Source of the DNA: Candidatus Hydrogenedentota bacterium
GTDB lineage: Bacteria; Hydrogenedentota; Hydrogenedentia; Hydrogenedentales; SLHB01
Length of the DNA stretch: 64,000 bases
Assembly (NCBI GenBank): GCA_045863335.1
Contig: BTVY01000038.1
Span: 1 to 64,000 of the forward strand
Reading direction: 5' to 3'
The notes beneath the pieces are model-generated. The model did not search any database. It was given only the letters and a program-made list of their open reading frames with translations, and was not told the origin of the DNA. Position numbers and translations under genes: made by a program. This document shows, piece after piece, positions 11,301 to 20,389 of the stretch. Every line of letters begins with the position of its first letter. Position 1 is the stretch's first letter.

Positions 11301-12045
11301 TGTAGTTCCCGCCAGTGGCGGCGTCGAACACGGCCACGTCGCGCCGCGCGACCTCGAGCGATGCCGCGGCATCGAAGACCGCTACACCCGACCGGGCCGC
11401 AACGAGAAATCGGTCATTGTTGAGCGCAGTAACGCTGAACGGACTATCCGGTACCGGGAACGTTTTCGTCGGCGTCCGGGAACCGCCTTCGTAAATGAGA
11501 AGCTGCGCGGGGGTCCGGGTCGTGACCGCGAGGAATCGCTCTGACGCGGCCACACTGCTCGGGACGCTGGACACCCCTTCCAGAATGGTGGGGGCCTGCG
11601 GATCATTTGGGTCAATCAACGTAATACTGTCATTGAAACTATTGGCAACCGCGAATCCGCCGCCGGGAAGCGCGCTGACCGCGTCCGCACTACCGGGGCA
11701 TGGCACGGTGGCGGTGACGGATAAATCCTCTGCACGGATTAGCGAGACCGACCCGGCCATGCGATTAACGCACGCCAGTGTCTTTCCATCGCTCGACAAG
11801 GCGAGTTCCGTGGGTCCGTTTTCCACGGCTACAGTTCCCACGCGCGCGCCTGTGGCCAGCGCAATCTTCCACACCTCGTCGAAGTCGTACGCCGTCGCGT
11901 ACAGTGTTCCCGTAGCTTCATCCACCACGGCGTCACGCAGTACCGCGTCCGCGTCATGCTTTTCGAACGTCGTCTGTGCACTCACGCCCAGGCTACTTAT
12001 TAGCGCAGTCAACGCGACGATACCGATTCTCGCTCGGTTGGTCAT
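8362..12045 (-). CDS. lptD: LPS-assembly protein LptD with N-terminal YVTN/YncE-like beta-propeller and Pro/Glu/Ala-rich linker
   Basis: Signal peptide; OstA-like jellyroll (ADRVFYDKRTG…ATGNV, LTTCDC); C-terminal beta-barrel with FKHIVVPSLTYSYRP and LQCLE. Confidence 0.75.
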   Translation of the reverse strand: MTNRARIGIVALTALISSLGVSAQTTFEKHDADAVLRDAVVDEATGTLYATAYDFDEVWKIALATGARVGTVAVENGPTELALSSDGKTLACVNRMAGSVSLIRAEDLSVTATVPCPGSADAVSALPGGGFAVANSFNDSITLIDPNDPQAPTILEGVSSVPSSVAASERFLAVTTRTPAQLLIYEGGSRTPTKTFPVPDSPFSVTALNNDRFLVAARSGVAVFDAAASLEVARRDVAVFDAATGGNYIYVLTEGAIESCDLSLNAVGSQSVSTTARTLVAGDGLVIAMSPKDRAWYSSGTVKAPAMTVAAAAPAAPEVETPQPAPVVEEPQTQPVEEAPAPSPMTGSPEVQPVEPVQAEEEAPEVVEAAPVTTPAPEPEMKRESAPAPEVTSTPKPAPQTVPAEESEATQAPAPMAKSDQPRKSRIRRAEPVAPAEASTDEPDAPRRPAASPLEGGPREPTVADAITEGLDLGSSEGGFQPPDWTQPFRDIQGENVEVLDNGNILIATGDARLTLDNIQFAADRVFYDKRTGQVEATGNVEVVQGESTAWADTVQYTVPLDAELQNPPPLMPHGEDEQDYARRVLSLGKMDATNIEINEPTREFKADHIIYDFATQTGEAWGVEGQTGQVRFGGDKLTMLGEGDVSGENLWLTTCDCDHEYYRIRMKEATIRNGQAVTGKSARLELGGTGTPLWWPRWGYRGGADTPTVGFDFDSGKRAELGYYINVGQQFAVTPELELGIRFFPTTKEGVGFGFEGQYDYMETPAEPLFRSKGEFRSLLTTDSRGYYEWYHRHELEPNTVMLVQLEQWSDREFYKDFFYDEYKDRTQPRNFVNVAHTKPTYIATATARRTTNDFVSETERMPEVTFHLLERQLVDRLYFTFDTIDGYNEREPEGENSLRSVNVARLSYDVELGDALNLTPYLEADASWYEKTREEGDSDGRVSAELGATLQTRFQRTYGGRWGFSGFKHIVVPSLTYSYRPEPSMGVEDTPRFDAYDNLYGRSRLESKIDNIVMGRDAESGEAWQVARLSLYYGDDFSNEIRESRDYELELDLRPRPLWGIQTIAEHHSISDEGDIDLDRPFFVQRTLIELYERVTDRPFDPATADKYNTAYGDYDRLLAFFYYDDRNYGGNWNGRIGFAYTKTQDEVFNREILYGAGYKLGPKWSVAFEHRYDFERGELYRQRYEVRRVLQCLEGAIQVTERGSGWDLGVEFSLTGIPGTRLKF

Positions 12046-12054
12046 TTCCGGAAA

Positions 12055-12378
12055 CTACCTCCCCGGCATTACCGTCCAGAAGGCGGCCACAGGCTTGCCG
12101 GACTGGACGCGGTTTCGCTCATGGACATCGGGTGCTGGTGCGGGTGCCGGTGCTGGCGCGGACTTCGGCGCGGCTTCGGTCTTCGGAGCCGGAGCCGGTT
12201 CGGGATCCGCAGGTGGCGGCGCGGTCTCTTGCGCCGGCGGGCGCTCGATAGTCGGTGGCGGAAAGGCCGGCGCTGCTGCGCCCGGTTCGCCCAACTCCGA
12301 CTCCGACACCTGGCCGTACGCAACGACGATGCATGAGAGCATTCCGAGAACTGCGAAAAACAGGGTTCGCTTCTTCAC
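12055..12378 (-). CDS. Small secreted Pro/Ala-rich protein
   Basis: Signal peptide MKKRTLFFAVLG…AYG; PAP repeats; GGAG RBS; ends 9 bp upstream of lptD. Confidence 0.7.
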   Translation of the reverse strand: MKKRTLFFAVLGMLSCIVVAYGQVSESELGEPGAAAPAFPPPTIERPPAQETAPPPADPEPAPAPKTEAAPKSAPAPAPAPAPDVHERNRVQSGKPVAAFWTVMPGR

Positions 12379-12432
12379 GATCGATCTCCGCTTATGGTCG
12401 TCTTCCGAAAATTCGCTGGGTCTCGTGGATGA

Positions 12433-13383
12433 CTACACTTCGATATCCACAGACGCCCGATCAAGAAAAGCCTGCACATCCTCCAGGGATCGCACCCCTT
12501 CGGAACCTCCCATGGCCTGCACGGTCATTCCACCGATGGCGTTGGCGAACCGCGCGCTCTTCTGCGTGTCCCATCCCCGGAGGTACCCGTAGAGGAACCC
12601 GCTGCACGAGGCGTCACCCGCGCCCGTCGTATCCCGGACTTCAACTCGATGGGCCGGAACGCGAATCGATTGCAGAGAATCCTTCACGAACATACCGTGT
12701 TCGCCCAACTTAATCATGGCGATTTCCGGACCGTAACTTCGGAAAAAATCTGCAATCGATTCCGGCTCGTCGCAGCCGGTGTACTCTCTCGCTTCCTCCA
12801 GGCTCGACATCACGATATCGAGGTGAGGAAGAGCCGGTTCAATCCGGGGCAGCCATTTGCTGGCCCCGTCGTAACATGTGTCCATCGACGTCGTCAAGCC
12901 CAGTTTCTTGGCCCGTTCCAAAACTCGGCCCATGGGCGGGCCGTCCAGCCCTGCCGTGACCGCCGGGCCGCCCCAATGCAGGTGCCGGGCGCGCCCAACG
13001 AAATCGAAATCGATGTCCTCCTCGAACAGCGACTGACTGCACCCCGCGTGATGAAGGAACGATCGTTCCCCGTCGTCGCTGACGAGCACCACCGTGGCGG
13101 CGGTCCCCACGTCCGAAACGCGTTTAACGTGACTTACGTCTACGTTCCGGGTTGCAAGGGTGCCTTGTACGAAACTCCCAAACCCGTCATCGCCCAGCGC
13201 TCCGATGAACGCGGCGCGTCCGCCGAGAGCGGCGTAAACCGTTGCGGTTACGCCCGCCAAACCGCCAAGATGAATTTCCAATTGAGGAATCAACGTCAAC
13301 TTCCCGCGTTCGGGAAGGGAGTCGACAGGCCGGGCCACCACATCCGCACAAGCCAGGCCCACCGACACTAACTCAAGTTCCAT
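12433..13383 (-). CDS. PfkB family carbohydrate kinase
   Basis: GALGDDGFG, DGERSF and DTTGAGD motifs. Confidence 0.92.
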   Translation of the reverse strand: MELELVSVGLACADVVARPVDSLPERGKLTLIPQLEIHLGGLAGVTATVYAALGGRAAFIGALGDDGFGSFVQGTLATRNVDVSHVKRVSDVGTAATVVLVSDDGERSFLHHAGCSQSLFEEDIDFDFVGRARHLHWGGPAVTAGLDGPPMGRVLERAKKLGLTTSMDTCYDGASKWLPRIEPALPHLDIVMSSLEEAREYTGCDEPESIADFFRSYGPEIAMIKLGEHGMFVKDSLQSIRVPAHRVEVRDTTGAGDASCSGFLYGYLRGWDTQKSARFANAIGGMTVQAMGGSEGVRSLEDVQAFLDRASVDIEV

Positions 13384-13630
13384 GAACGGACCTTTCGCGC
13401 TGGCACATGTCTCGGTAGCACCTCGAACCCGAGTATAGCATCCTGCCCAAGCCCGAACAACGTCATGATGGGAGACGTCTTAGCGCTTCCGGCCGGCCGG
13501 CTTGCCGATCGGGGAAATTTCAAGTTGAAATGCCTTGATGGGACCGCGATACTCTGGCTAAGGTACCCAATTGGTGGCGAACTCCGTGGCAGCACCTCCG
13601 CCGTTTTTCACGATGCTATCGATAAAATCT

Positions 13631-16600
13631 ATGTGCGAAATTCCGCTTACGCCGCTCCAGACCCTATTCTGGGCCGGACACCGCCTACACGACGGTGTCC
13701 CCGTGTACAACATGGCCCATTCATTCGTGCTCCCGATGCGAATCGATGTGCTGCGGTTTCAGTCGGCGTTTCAACGCGTCATCGACCAAACCGACGCCTT
13801 GCGAACGATTTTCATCGAACGGAACGGAATCCCGTGTCAGCGCGTACTCGATCGCTTTCCCTACGGGACGGCTGTGGTCGACTTCAGCGGGGAGCCCCGG
13901 CCTGAAGAGGCGGCGCAGTCGTGGATGCGCGAGCGCGTTGCTCGCGTGCTGGACATTGAACGGTGCTGTTTTGACGCGGCGTTGCTCCGCATTGCGGAAG
14001 CGCGTCATGTCTGGTTTCTCAATCAGCACCACATCATCTGCGACGCGACGTCCACGGCACTCGTCTTTGAACGAATGGCCCGCGCGTACGGCGAATCATC
14101 GGATAGCGCCCGCGATGAAGTATGGCCGCGATTCAGCGACTACGCAACGCGCCGATCTGAAGCGTGGAAGGAACTTTCCGCCGAACGTGCCGCCTATTGG
14201 GAGGCCCGGCTGGAATCCGAGGTGGAAGCGCCGACGTTCTACGGCCGTGCGGGCGACGCCAGACCCGCTCGCGTCATCCGCATCGCTCACCCGTTGGGAC
14301 CGGAGCGATCCGGGCGACTACGCGCGCTCGCACATCAGGAGGAGTTTTTCTGCCGCTCAGAGCGTGTTTCCCTGTTCAACCTGTTCGGGGCACTCTTGTC
14401 GGTTTTCCTCATGCGTATTTCCAGCGAACGCCGCTTCGTCATCGGCATGCCTCATCATGGCCGGGACACCGAAGCCGATTGGAATACGGCGGGACTCTAC
14501 ATTGACGTGTTGCCATTGCCGGTATCGATCGAACCCGGCTGGCGCTTTCCCGATCTCGTCGCGGCAATTGCATTGGAAGCAGCGGAAAGCGTGCGCCACC
14601 GGCCTTTCGCCGGGATTGGCAGCGTGGGGACGCGCGCCTTTGATGTACTCTTCAACTACCAGGTCGCGCAGTTCCCTTCCTTCAACGGGTGTCCCGCGGA
14701 GCAGGAGTGGATCAACCCTGGCTTCGGCACCGAGCGGCTCGTGTTGCAAGTACACGATTTCACGGGCACCGGCGATCTATCGCTGTACTTCGATTTCGAC
14801 GTAGACGTGTTCGATGAGCAAACCCGCGCGAATGCGGTTCGGCATTTCCTTAACCTTCTCGACACCGTGTTGGCGTCTCCGCAAGCGCCGATAAATGACT
14901 TGCACGTCCTGGACAGCGGAGAACGGCATCACATCCTGACGGCATTCAATCAAAACGGACGGTCGGTGCCTTCGCCGGATACAATCACTGGCCGTTTCCG
15001 GGAACAGTGCCAACGCACGCCAGATACCTGTGCGGTTCGCTATGGCGACGCGATATTGACCTACCGGGAACTCGACGCCCGATCGAATCGACTGGCGCGT
15101 TGTCTTCTCCGGCACGGCGTGAGCAATGGCGTTCCGGTCGGACTATCCGTCGATCGATCGCCGGACCTTGTGGTGGGCATGCTGGCAATCCTGAAATGTG
15201 GCGGCGTCTATGTTCCTCTCGATCCTGCCTATCCGAAGGAACGGCTCGCACTGATGGCGCGGGATTCCCGGTTCCCCATCCTGGTGACTCAGGAATCCTT
15301 GCTCGAGAAGGTCCACGATTTGGAATGTCCCATTCTGTGCGTGGATCGGGACGCCGAACGAGTTTCCAGCGAAGACGACACCGCAATTGAAGTTGGATTA
15401 GGCGGCGAGGCGTTGGCGTACCTGATGTACACGTCCGGCAGCACCGGCGTGCCGAAGGCGGTTTCCGTTTCTCACCGCGCCATCGTGCGCCTCGTTGTAA
15501 ATACCAATTACATCGTCATCCGACCAGAGGATCGTGTCGCACAGGCATCCAATGCGGCGTTTGATGCGGCCACATTCGAGATTTGGGGAGCCTTGCTTAA
15601 TGGCGCGTCAATTGTTGGCATCCCGCAGGATGTCGCGCTGGACGCCAACGCGCTCGCGGAGCACATCGCCGCGGGAAACGCCACCGTTCTCTTTCTCACG
15701 ACAGCCTTGTTCAATCAAATCGCTCAGTCGAAACCCGAGGCATTCCGGCCTCTGCGCTACCTCCTGTTCGGCGGAGAAGCGTGCGACCCACGCGCAGTGC
15801 GGTGCGTGTTGGAGAATGGCGCGCCGGAACACCTGCTCCACGTGTACGGACCTACGGAGAACACAACGTTCTCGACCTTTCACGACGTGCGGGACGTTTC
15901 CGTTGACGCGCAGACGATCCCAATCGGCAAGCCCATTTCGTACGGGTACGCCCACGTGCTTCAGGATGACCTCCAACCTTCGCCCATCGGAGTGCCGGGA
16001 GAACTCTATCTCGGGGGCCTCGGTCTAGCGAACGGCTATTTCAACCAGACCGAACTGACGGCGGCTTCGTTCGTGCCCAGCCCGTATAGGGAAGGTGAAC
16101 GGCTGTACCGATCCGGGGACCTCGTCCGCTACCTGCCTGACGGCGCCATCGAGTTCATCGGGCGTATCGACGGACAAGTCAAACTCCGCGGATTTCGCAT
16201 CGAACTCGGCGAGATACAGGCCGCCTTGCGATCCCGTCCGGACATTGACGATGCGGTCGTCGTCCTTCGCGAAGACGCGCCAGATCGAAAGTATCTCGTC
16301 GCGTATGTCGTTTTCGCGAAGGACGCGTCGCGCGACCACGATAGGCTTCGATCGCATCTGCGTCAGACCTTGCCCGAGTACATGGTTCCGGCCGCTTTCG
16401 TGAACCTCGATCGGATTCCGCTCACACCAAACGGGAAGGTCGATCGCCGCGCTTTACCTGCCCCGATAATCGAATGCAAAGACCACGATGACATCGAACC
16501 CAGGACGGTGCTGGAACGGGAGATTGCTGACCTCTGGAAGGACACGCTAGGCCTGCCGCGCGTCGGGGCGAATAGCCGCTTCTTCGACATCGGCGGCCAT

Positions 16601-17683
16601 TCGCTACTTGCCGTGCGCATCATGGCCGCGGTTCGGGATCGCTACGGTGTAGACATTCCGCTAACGCAGTTCTTCCAGAACCCTACCGTTGCCGGGATGG
16701 CCGCTGTTGTCGAAGGCCGCGGGAGTGGGAGGTGCGGTCCGGAGGATGATACCCCGTTCACCCTGGTGCCCATTCAGCCGAAGGGTTCGCTGCCTCCCTT
16801 GTTCTGCGTGGCTACGGCCGGAGGAGTCTTGTTTCCTTATTTCAATTTGGCGACCCACCTGGGACCGAGTCAACCTCTCTACGGCCTGCAGGACCCTGCA
16901 CTCGAAGGAAACCAGCCCCCCTTTGATTCCGTGGAAGCGCTCGCCGCCCACTACATGGAAGTGATGCGCGGACGTCAGCCGGTGGGACCCTACTATCTGT
17001 GCGGGTGGTCCTTCGGCGGAACAGTGGCCTTCGAGATCGGCCGGCAGCTTCGTGCCGCGGGGGAAGACGTGGCATTGCTCGTGATCATTGACGCCATGCA
17101 GGCTCCTCCCGACCTGTCCGTCCAGGGCGGCATTGCGAAGTTTCTGCGCATCTGGCTGCGCCGGGCGCGAATCTTCATTCTGAACACCTACCACCTGAAA
17201 CCATACATCCTGGATGGACTTTACCTGGTCTTCCGGCGAAATCGCGGAGCCATTGGGGGGCGCGTCCCGGTTCGAGAGTACTTTCGCTGGGCGTTCACCG
17301 ATGTTGTGTTCAAGCATGCCGGCATTGCCGATGTTGTATCCAAGGACAACCTTCTCATGATGAAAGTGCCCGCGTTTCGCAGGATCTTCAAGGTGCTTCA
17401 CGCGAACGGCGAGGCCTGGAAACAGTATGCCGCCCCACCTTTCGACGGTCGCATCACTGTCTTCCGGGCCGAGGTTCAGCCGCCGGAACTTGTTGGAAAC
17501 GAGACGCTTGGGTGGGGCGATGTGGCGCTGGGCGGAGTCGAGGTTCACGTGATCCCGGGATACCACGCAGAGATTCTCGGCAAAGGAATCCGCCATTGCG
17601 CGGCGCAACTACGCATTTGCCTGGAACGCGCGCGATCCCGAGACACGAATCTGGACGACACAGACCTTCCCAAGGCCAAATGA
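13631..17683 (+). CDS. Stand-alone single-module NRPS (C-A-PCP-TE)
   Basis: C domain HHIICD; A domain YTSGSTGVPK, YGPTE, YRSGDL, KLRGFRIELGE, NGKVDR; PCP FFDIGGHSL; TE GWSFGG and C-terminal GYH. Start uncertain (13571-13631). Confidence 0.93.
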   Translation: MCEIPLTPLQTLFWAGHRLHDGVPVYNMAHSFVLPMRIDVLRFQSAFQRVIDQTDALRTIFIERNGIPCQRVLDRFPYGTAVVDFSGEPRPEEAAQSWMRERVARVLDIERCCFDAALLRIAEARHVWFLNQHHIICDATSTALVFERMARAYGESSDSARDEVWPRFSDYATRRSEAWKELSAERAAYWEARLESEVEAPTFYGRAGDARPARVIRIAHPLGPERSGRLRALAHQEEFFCRSERVSLFNLFGALLSVFLMRISSERRFVIGMPHHGRDTEADWNTAGLYIDVLPLPVSIEPGWRFPDLVAAIALEAAESVRHRPFAGIGSVGTRAFDVLFNYQVAQFPSFNGCPAEQEWINPGFGTERLVLQVHDFTGTGDLSLYFDFDVDVFDEQTRANAVRHFLNLLDTVLASPQAPINDLHVLDSGERHHILTAFNQNGRSVPSPDTITGRFREQCQRTPDTCAVRYGDAILTYRELDARSNRLARCLLRHGVSNGVPVGLSVDRSPDLVVGMLAILKCGGVYVPLDPAYPKERLALMARDSRFPILVTQESLLEKVHDLECPILCVDRDAERVSSEDDTAIEVGLGGEALAYLMYTSGSTGVPKAVSVSHRAIVRLVVNTNYIVIRPEDRVAQASNAAFDAATFEIWGALLNGASIVGIPQDVALDANALAEHIAAGNATVLFLTTALFNQIAQSKPEAFRPLRYLLFGGEACDPRAVRCVLENGAPEHLLHVYGPTENTTFSTFHDVRDVSVDAQTIPIGKPISYGYAHVLQDDLQPSPIGVPGELYLGGLGLANGYFNQTELTAASFVPSPYREGERLYRSGDLVRYLPDGAIEFIGRIDGQVKLRGFRIELGEIQAALRSRPDIDDAVVVLREDAPDRKYLVAYVVFAKDASRDHDRLRSHLRQTLPEYMVPAAFVNLDRIPLTPNGKVDRRALPAPIIECKDHDDIEPRTVLEREIADLWKDTLGLPRVGANSRFFDIGGHSLLAVRIMAAVRDRYGVDIPLTQFFQNPTVAGMAAVVEGRGSGRCGPEDDTPFTLVPIQPKGSLPPLFCVATAGGVLFPYFNLATHLGPSQPLYGLQDPALEGNQPPFDSVEALAAHYMEVMRGRQPVGPYYLCGWSFGGTVAFEIGRQLRAAGEDVALLVIIDAMQAPPDLSVQGGIAKFLRIWLRRARIFILNTYHLKPYILDGLYLVFRRNRGAIGGRVPVREYFRWAFTDVVFKHAGIADVVSKDNLLMMKVPAFRRIFKVLHANGEAWKQYAAPPFDGRITVFRAEVQPPELVGNETLGWGDVALGGVEVHVIPGYHAEILGKGIRHCAAQLRICLERARSRDTNLDDTDLPKAK

Positions 17684-17709
17684 TGGCGGTCGATATCCGC
17701 CGGTCCAGT

Positions 17710-17738
17710 TTGACGGGCCGTCCATCCTGTGATACCTT
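17710..17738 (+). promoter_or_regulatory. Putative sigma70 promoter for ridA operon
   Basis: TTGACG-N17-TACCTT with TGn extended -10. Confidence 0.5.
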
Positions 17739-17779
17739 TTCGTAGGTTCTTGTAAAGAGTTTAACGCCGAGGTTCCCTC

Positions 17780-18166
17780 ATGAAAAAGCGTTGCATCTTC
17801 GCGCCCCACGCTCCCGCAGCGGCCGGGCCATACTCCCACGCCGTCGCGGCGGGGAATCTTCTTTTTATCTCCGGCCAGGCCGCCTTGGCTCCAGATGGCA
17901 GCGGCCGGCGCGCCGGATCGTTGGAAGAAGAGGTCCGGCAAACCCTGGACAACGTGAAAGCCGTTCTCGAAGACGCGGGCTCAAGCCTGGGCCAAGTCGT
18001 CAAGACGACGGTGTATCTCGCCGACATGAACGACTTCGGTGAAATGAATGCAATCTATAAAGAGTACTTTGGCGAAAATCCTCCCGCGCGCACGACAATA
18101 CAAGCGGGCAGGCTGCCGCTGGACTTTCGCGTTGAAATAGAAGCAATCGCCATCTTGCCCGAGTAA
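17780..18166 (+). CDS. ridA: RidA/YjgF family reactive intermediate deaminase
   Basis: GPYSHAV, ISGQ, VVKTTVYL, PPARTT, VEIEAIA; catalytic Arg present. Confidence 0.9.
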   Translation: MKKRCIFAPHAPAAAGPYSHAVAAGNLLFISGQAALAPDGSGRRAGSLEEEVRQTLDNVKAVLEDAGSSLGQVVKTTVYLADMNDFGEMNAIYKEYFGENPPARTTIQAGRLPLDFRVEIEAIAILPE

Positions 18167-18170
18167 ATCG

Positions 18171-19448
18171 ATGCTCAGACCGAAGAATGCTGCCCGGGCC
18201 GTTCGCTACGTCTGCCTGGTAACTTTCATAATCGCCGCGGCCCTGTCGTGGGCGCAGAGCGCCGCCGAGTTTAACGCGAACGGCGTCGCCCTCTATAACG
18301 AAGGGCGCTGGGATGAGGCCATCCAGAGCTTCGCCTCGGCCTACAATCTTGCGCCGGACAATGAAACGGTCCGTCGCAACCTCTGCAATGCGTACCAGGC
18401 TCAAGCCAACGCACTTGCACGATCCGGAGACTTCAGTACCGCCATCGAACTGCTGCGCCTCGCCATCAGCGTCGAACCCGAGAACCCGTCGCCCCTCGCG
18501 CAACTGGGGTCCTACTATCTCCGCATCGACATGGTCTCCGAAGCGATGTACCGACTGGAGGAGTCGGTTGAGTTGGATCCCTCGAGCATCGACGTGCAAG
18601 AGCTTTTGGGAGACGCCTACTACAAAAACAACGATCTCGCCGCGGCCCTGGCTCAATGGGAACTCGTGCTTGAGATGAACCCCAATCGTCCGGGGTTGGC
18701 CGAGAAACTTGAAAAGGCCTATCGTGAAGAGTCGGTTGAGTTCAATTTCCGGCAGACCCAGTCCGCGCATTTCCGGGTGAGCTTCGCGCCGGGCACCAAC
18801 GGCGGCGATCTGAGCCGGGTGCTTCAGATTCTGGAACGGGCCTATCGCGACATCGGCCGAAAATTCGGAGGCGCTTATCCGCCAACGCCGATCCAGGTAA
18901 TTCTGTATACAGGCGACGACTTTGCCCGGGCTACCTTGCTCGGGGAACATGTTGGCGCGGTATACGACGGCAAGATTCGCGTGCCGATCGCCGACCGCTC
19001 GGGGCAAATCATCTCAGAAGACGAGTTGTGGCGGCGCTTGTACCACGAGTACACCCACGTCGTTATTCGGTTTTGGGCGGGAGACAACGTGCCTTGGTGG
19101 CTGAACGAGGGGCTCGCGGAAACGTTCTCGAACGAGGTCTCCAGCGCGGACAGCGCCTTGCTTTACGATGCCTATCAGGCAGGCTTGCTTTTTGCGCTCG
19201 GGGAAATGGAGGAGAGTCAATTGAAGCGCCTCGACGCGGATTCGCTCTACCTCGCGTACCGGCAGGCCCATGCGACGGCGAGCTTTCTCTGGAACCGTTA
19301 CGGTCATCGTGGCATTGCCGGGATCATGGAGCACCTCGCGCAAGGCGAACCGGGTGAGGACGCGCTCATCGCGACGTGCCGGTTGAACTACGCCACCCTG
19401 GAACGCGAGGTCATCAAGAACTTGGGCCGAACCCTATCCCAGCGGTAG
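18171..19448 (+). CDS. Secreted TPR-repeat protein with peptidase MA-like metallopeptidase domain
   Basis: Signal peptide; TPR helices; HEYTH…PWWLNEGLAE gluzincin motif. Confidence 0.85.
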   Translation: MLRPKNAARAVRYVCLVTFIIAAALSWAQSAAEFNANGVALYNEGRWDEAIQSFASAYNLAPDNETVRRNLCNAYQAQANALARSGDFSTAIELLRLAISVEPENPSPLAQLGSYYLRIDMVSEAMYRLEESVELDPSSIDVQELLGDAYYKNNDLAAALAQWELVLEMNPNRPGLAEKLEKAYREESVEFNFRQTQSAHFRVSFAPGTNGGDLSRVLQILERAYRDIGRKFGGAYPPTPIQVILYTGDDFARATLLGEHVGAVYDGKIRVPIADRSGQIISEDELWRRLYHEYTHVVIRFWAGDNVPWWLNEGLAETFSNEVSSADSALLYDAYQAGLLFALGEMEESQLKRLDADSLYLAYRQAHATASFLWNRYGHRGIAGIMEHLAQGEPGEDALIATCRLNYATLEREVIKNLGRTLSQR

Positions 19449-19450
19449 AA

Positions 19451-20389
19451 CTATTCTCGCCGATCGACCACGAAACGCGACCCCTGCAAGTGCTTCGCCG
19501 CGTTTTTGACCTCCGACACCCGGCCGAACAGTTCGGCGATATGCTTGACGTGAGACACGGTCGTATCGACCGCGCCGATGGAACACGTGACCAGGGGGTA
19601 CCATTTCGGGTTGCCCTGGCGATCGATGGAATCAATTCCGCCCCGCTTTCGGTCATCATCGTCGTAGAAATCGGGCACGATGGCATCGAACGAAGCGATA
19701 ATCTTTTCGCACGCCTCATTCATCAAGCCCGCGGGAGTAACGAACACAAAATCATCTCCGCCCACATGCCCCACATGTGTCCGGTGCTCGTCAATCGCCC
19801 GGACCGTATTCACTAGAATCCGCGCAGTCATCCGAATGATCTCATCGCCTCGTGCAAAGCCGTACCGGTCGTTGAACGATTTGAACCCGTCCAGATCCAG
19901 GTAGGCAAACGCAAAGGGTTCCGCGGCGCCGAGCCTGCGTTCGGCCTCGTGCCCGATCACCAGATTGCCGGGAAGTCCTGTAAGCGGGTTCGCGTTCACA
20001 TCGCGCATCGCGCGAGACCAGCACAAGTGGATGCGCGCGAGCAGGGCTTCACTGTTGATTGGATCGACCACAAAGTCGTCCGCCGGTACCGAAATCCAGT
20101 CGATGCCGGAACCCACATCTTCCGGGGATACCGTGATGATCGCGGGAAGATGGCCGTAGACGTTGTCGCTCTTCAATTCCTTGAGCAGGTTCGCCCCGTC
20201 CCCCGACGTCATCGACAATGGAAGTATCATGCAATGCGGCGGATCAGCGTAGAACGCCCGGTGAGCTTCCTCCGCTGTACGGGCGAGGCTGACCTCAAAC
20301 CCTGCGCCCGTCAACGTATCTACGAGCTTCTGACGCGCCGCGGGATTGGGATCCGCAAACAAGACCAAGCGTCGCATGGAGTCCTTCAT
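19451..20389 (-). CDS. Receiver-like domain + GGDEF domain protein
   Basis: NPLTGLPGN, DLDGFKSFNDRYG and GGDDF motifs; N-terminal REC-like fold. Confidence 0.88.
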   Translation of the reverse strand: MKDSMRRLVLFADPNPAARQKLVDTLTGAGFEVSLARTAEEAHRAFYADPPHCMILPLSMTSGDGANLLKELKSDNVYGHLPAIITVSPEDVGSGIDWISVPADDFVVDPINSEALLARIHLCWSRAMRDVNANPLTGLPGNLVIGHEAERRLGAAEPFAFAYLDLDGFKSFNDRYGFARGDEIIRMTARILVNTVRAIDEHRTHVGHVGGDDFVFVTPAGLMNEACEKIIASFDAIVPDFYDDDDRKRGGIDSIDRQGNPKWYPLVTCSIGAVDTTVSHVKHIAELFGRVSEVKNAAKHLQGSRFVVDRRE

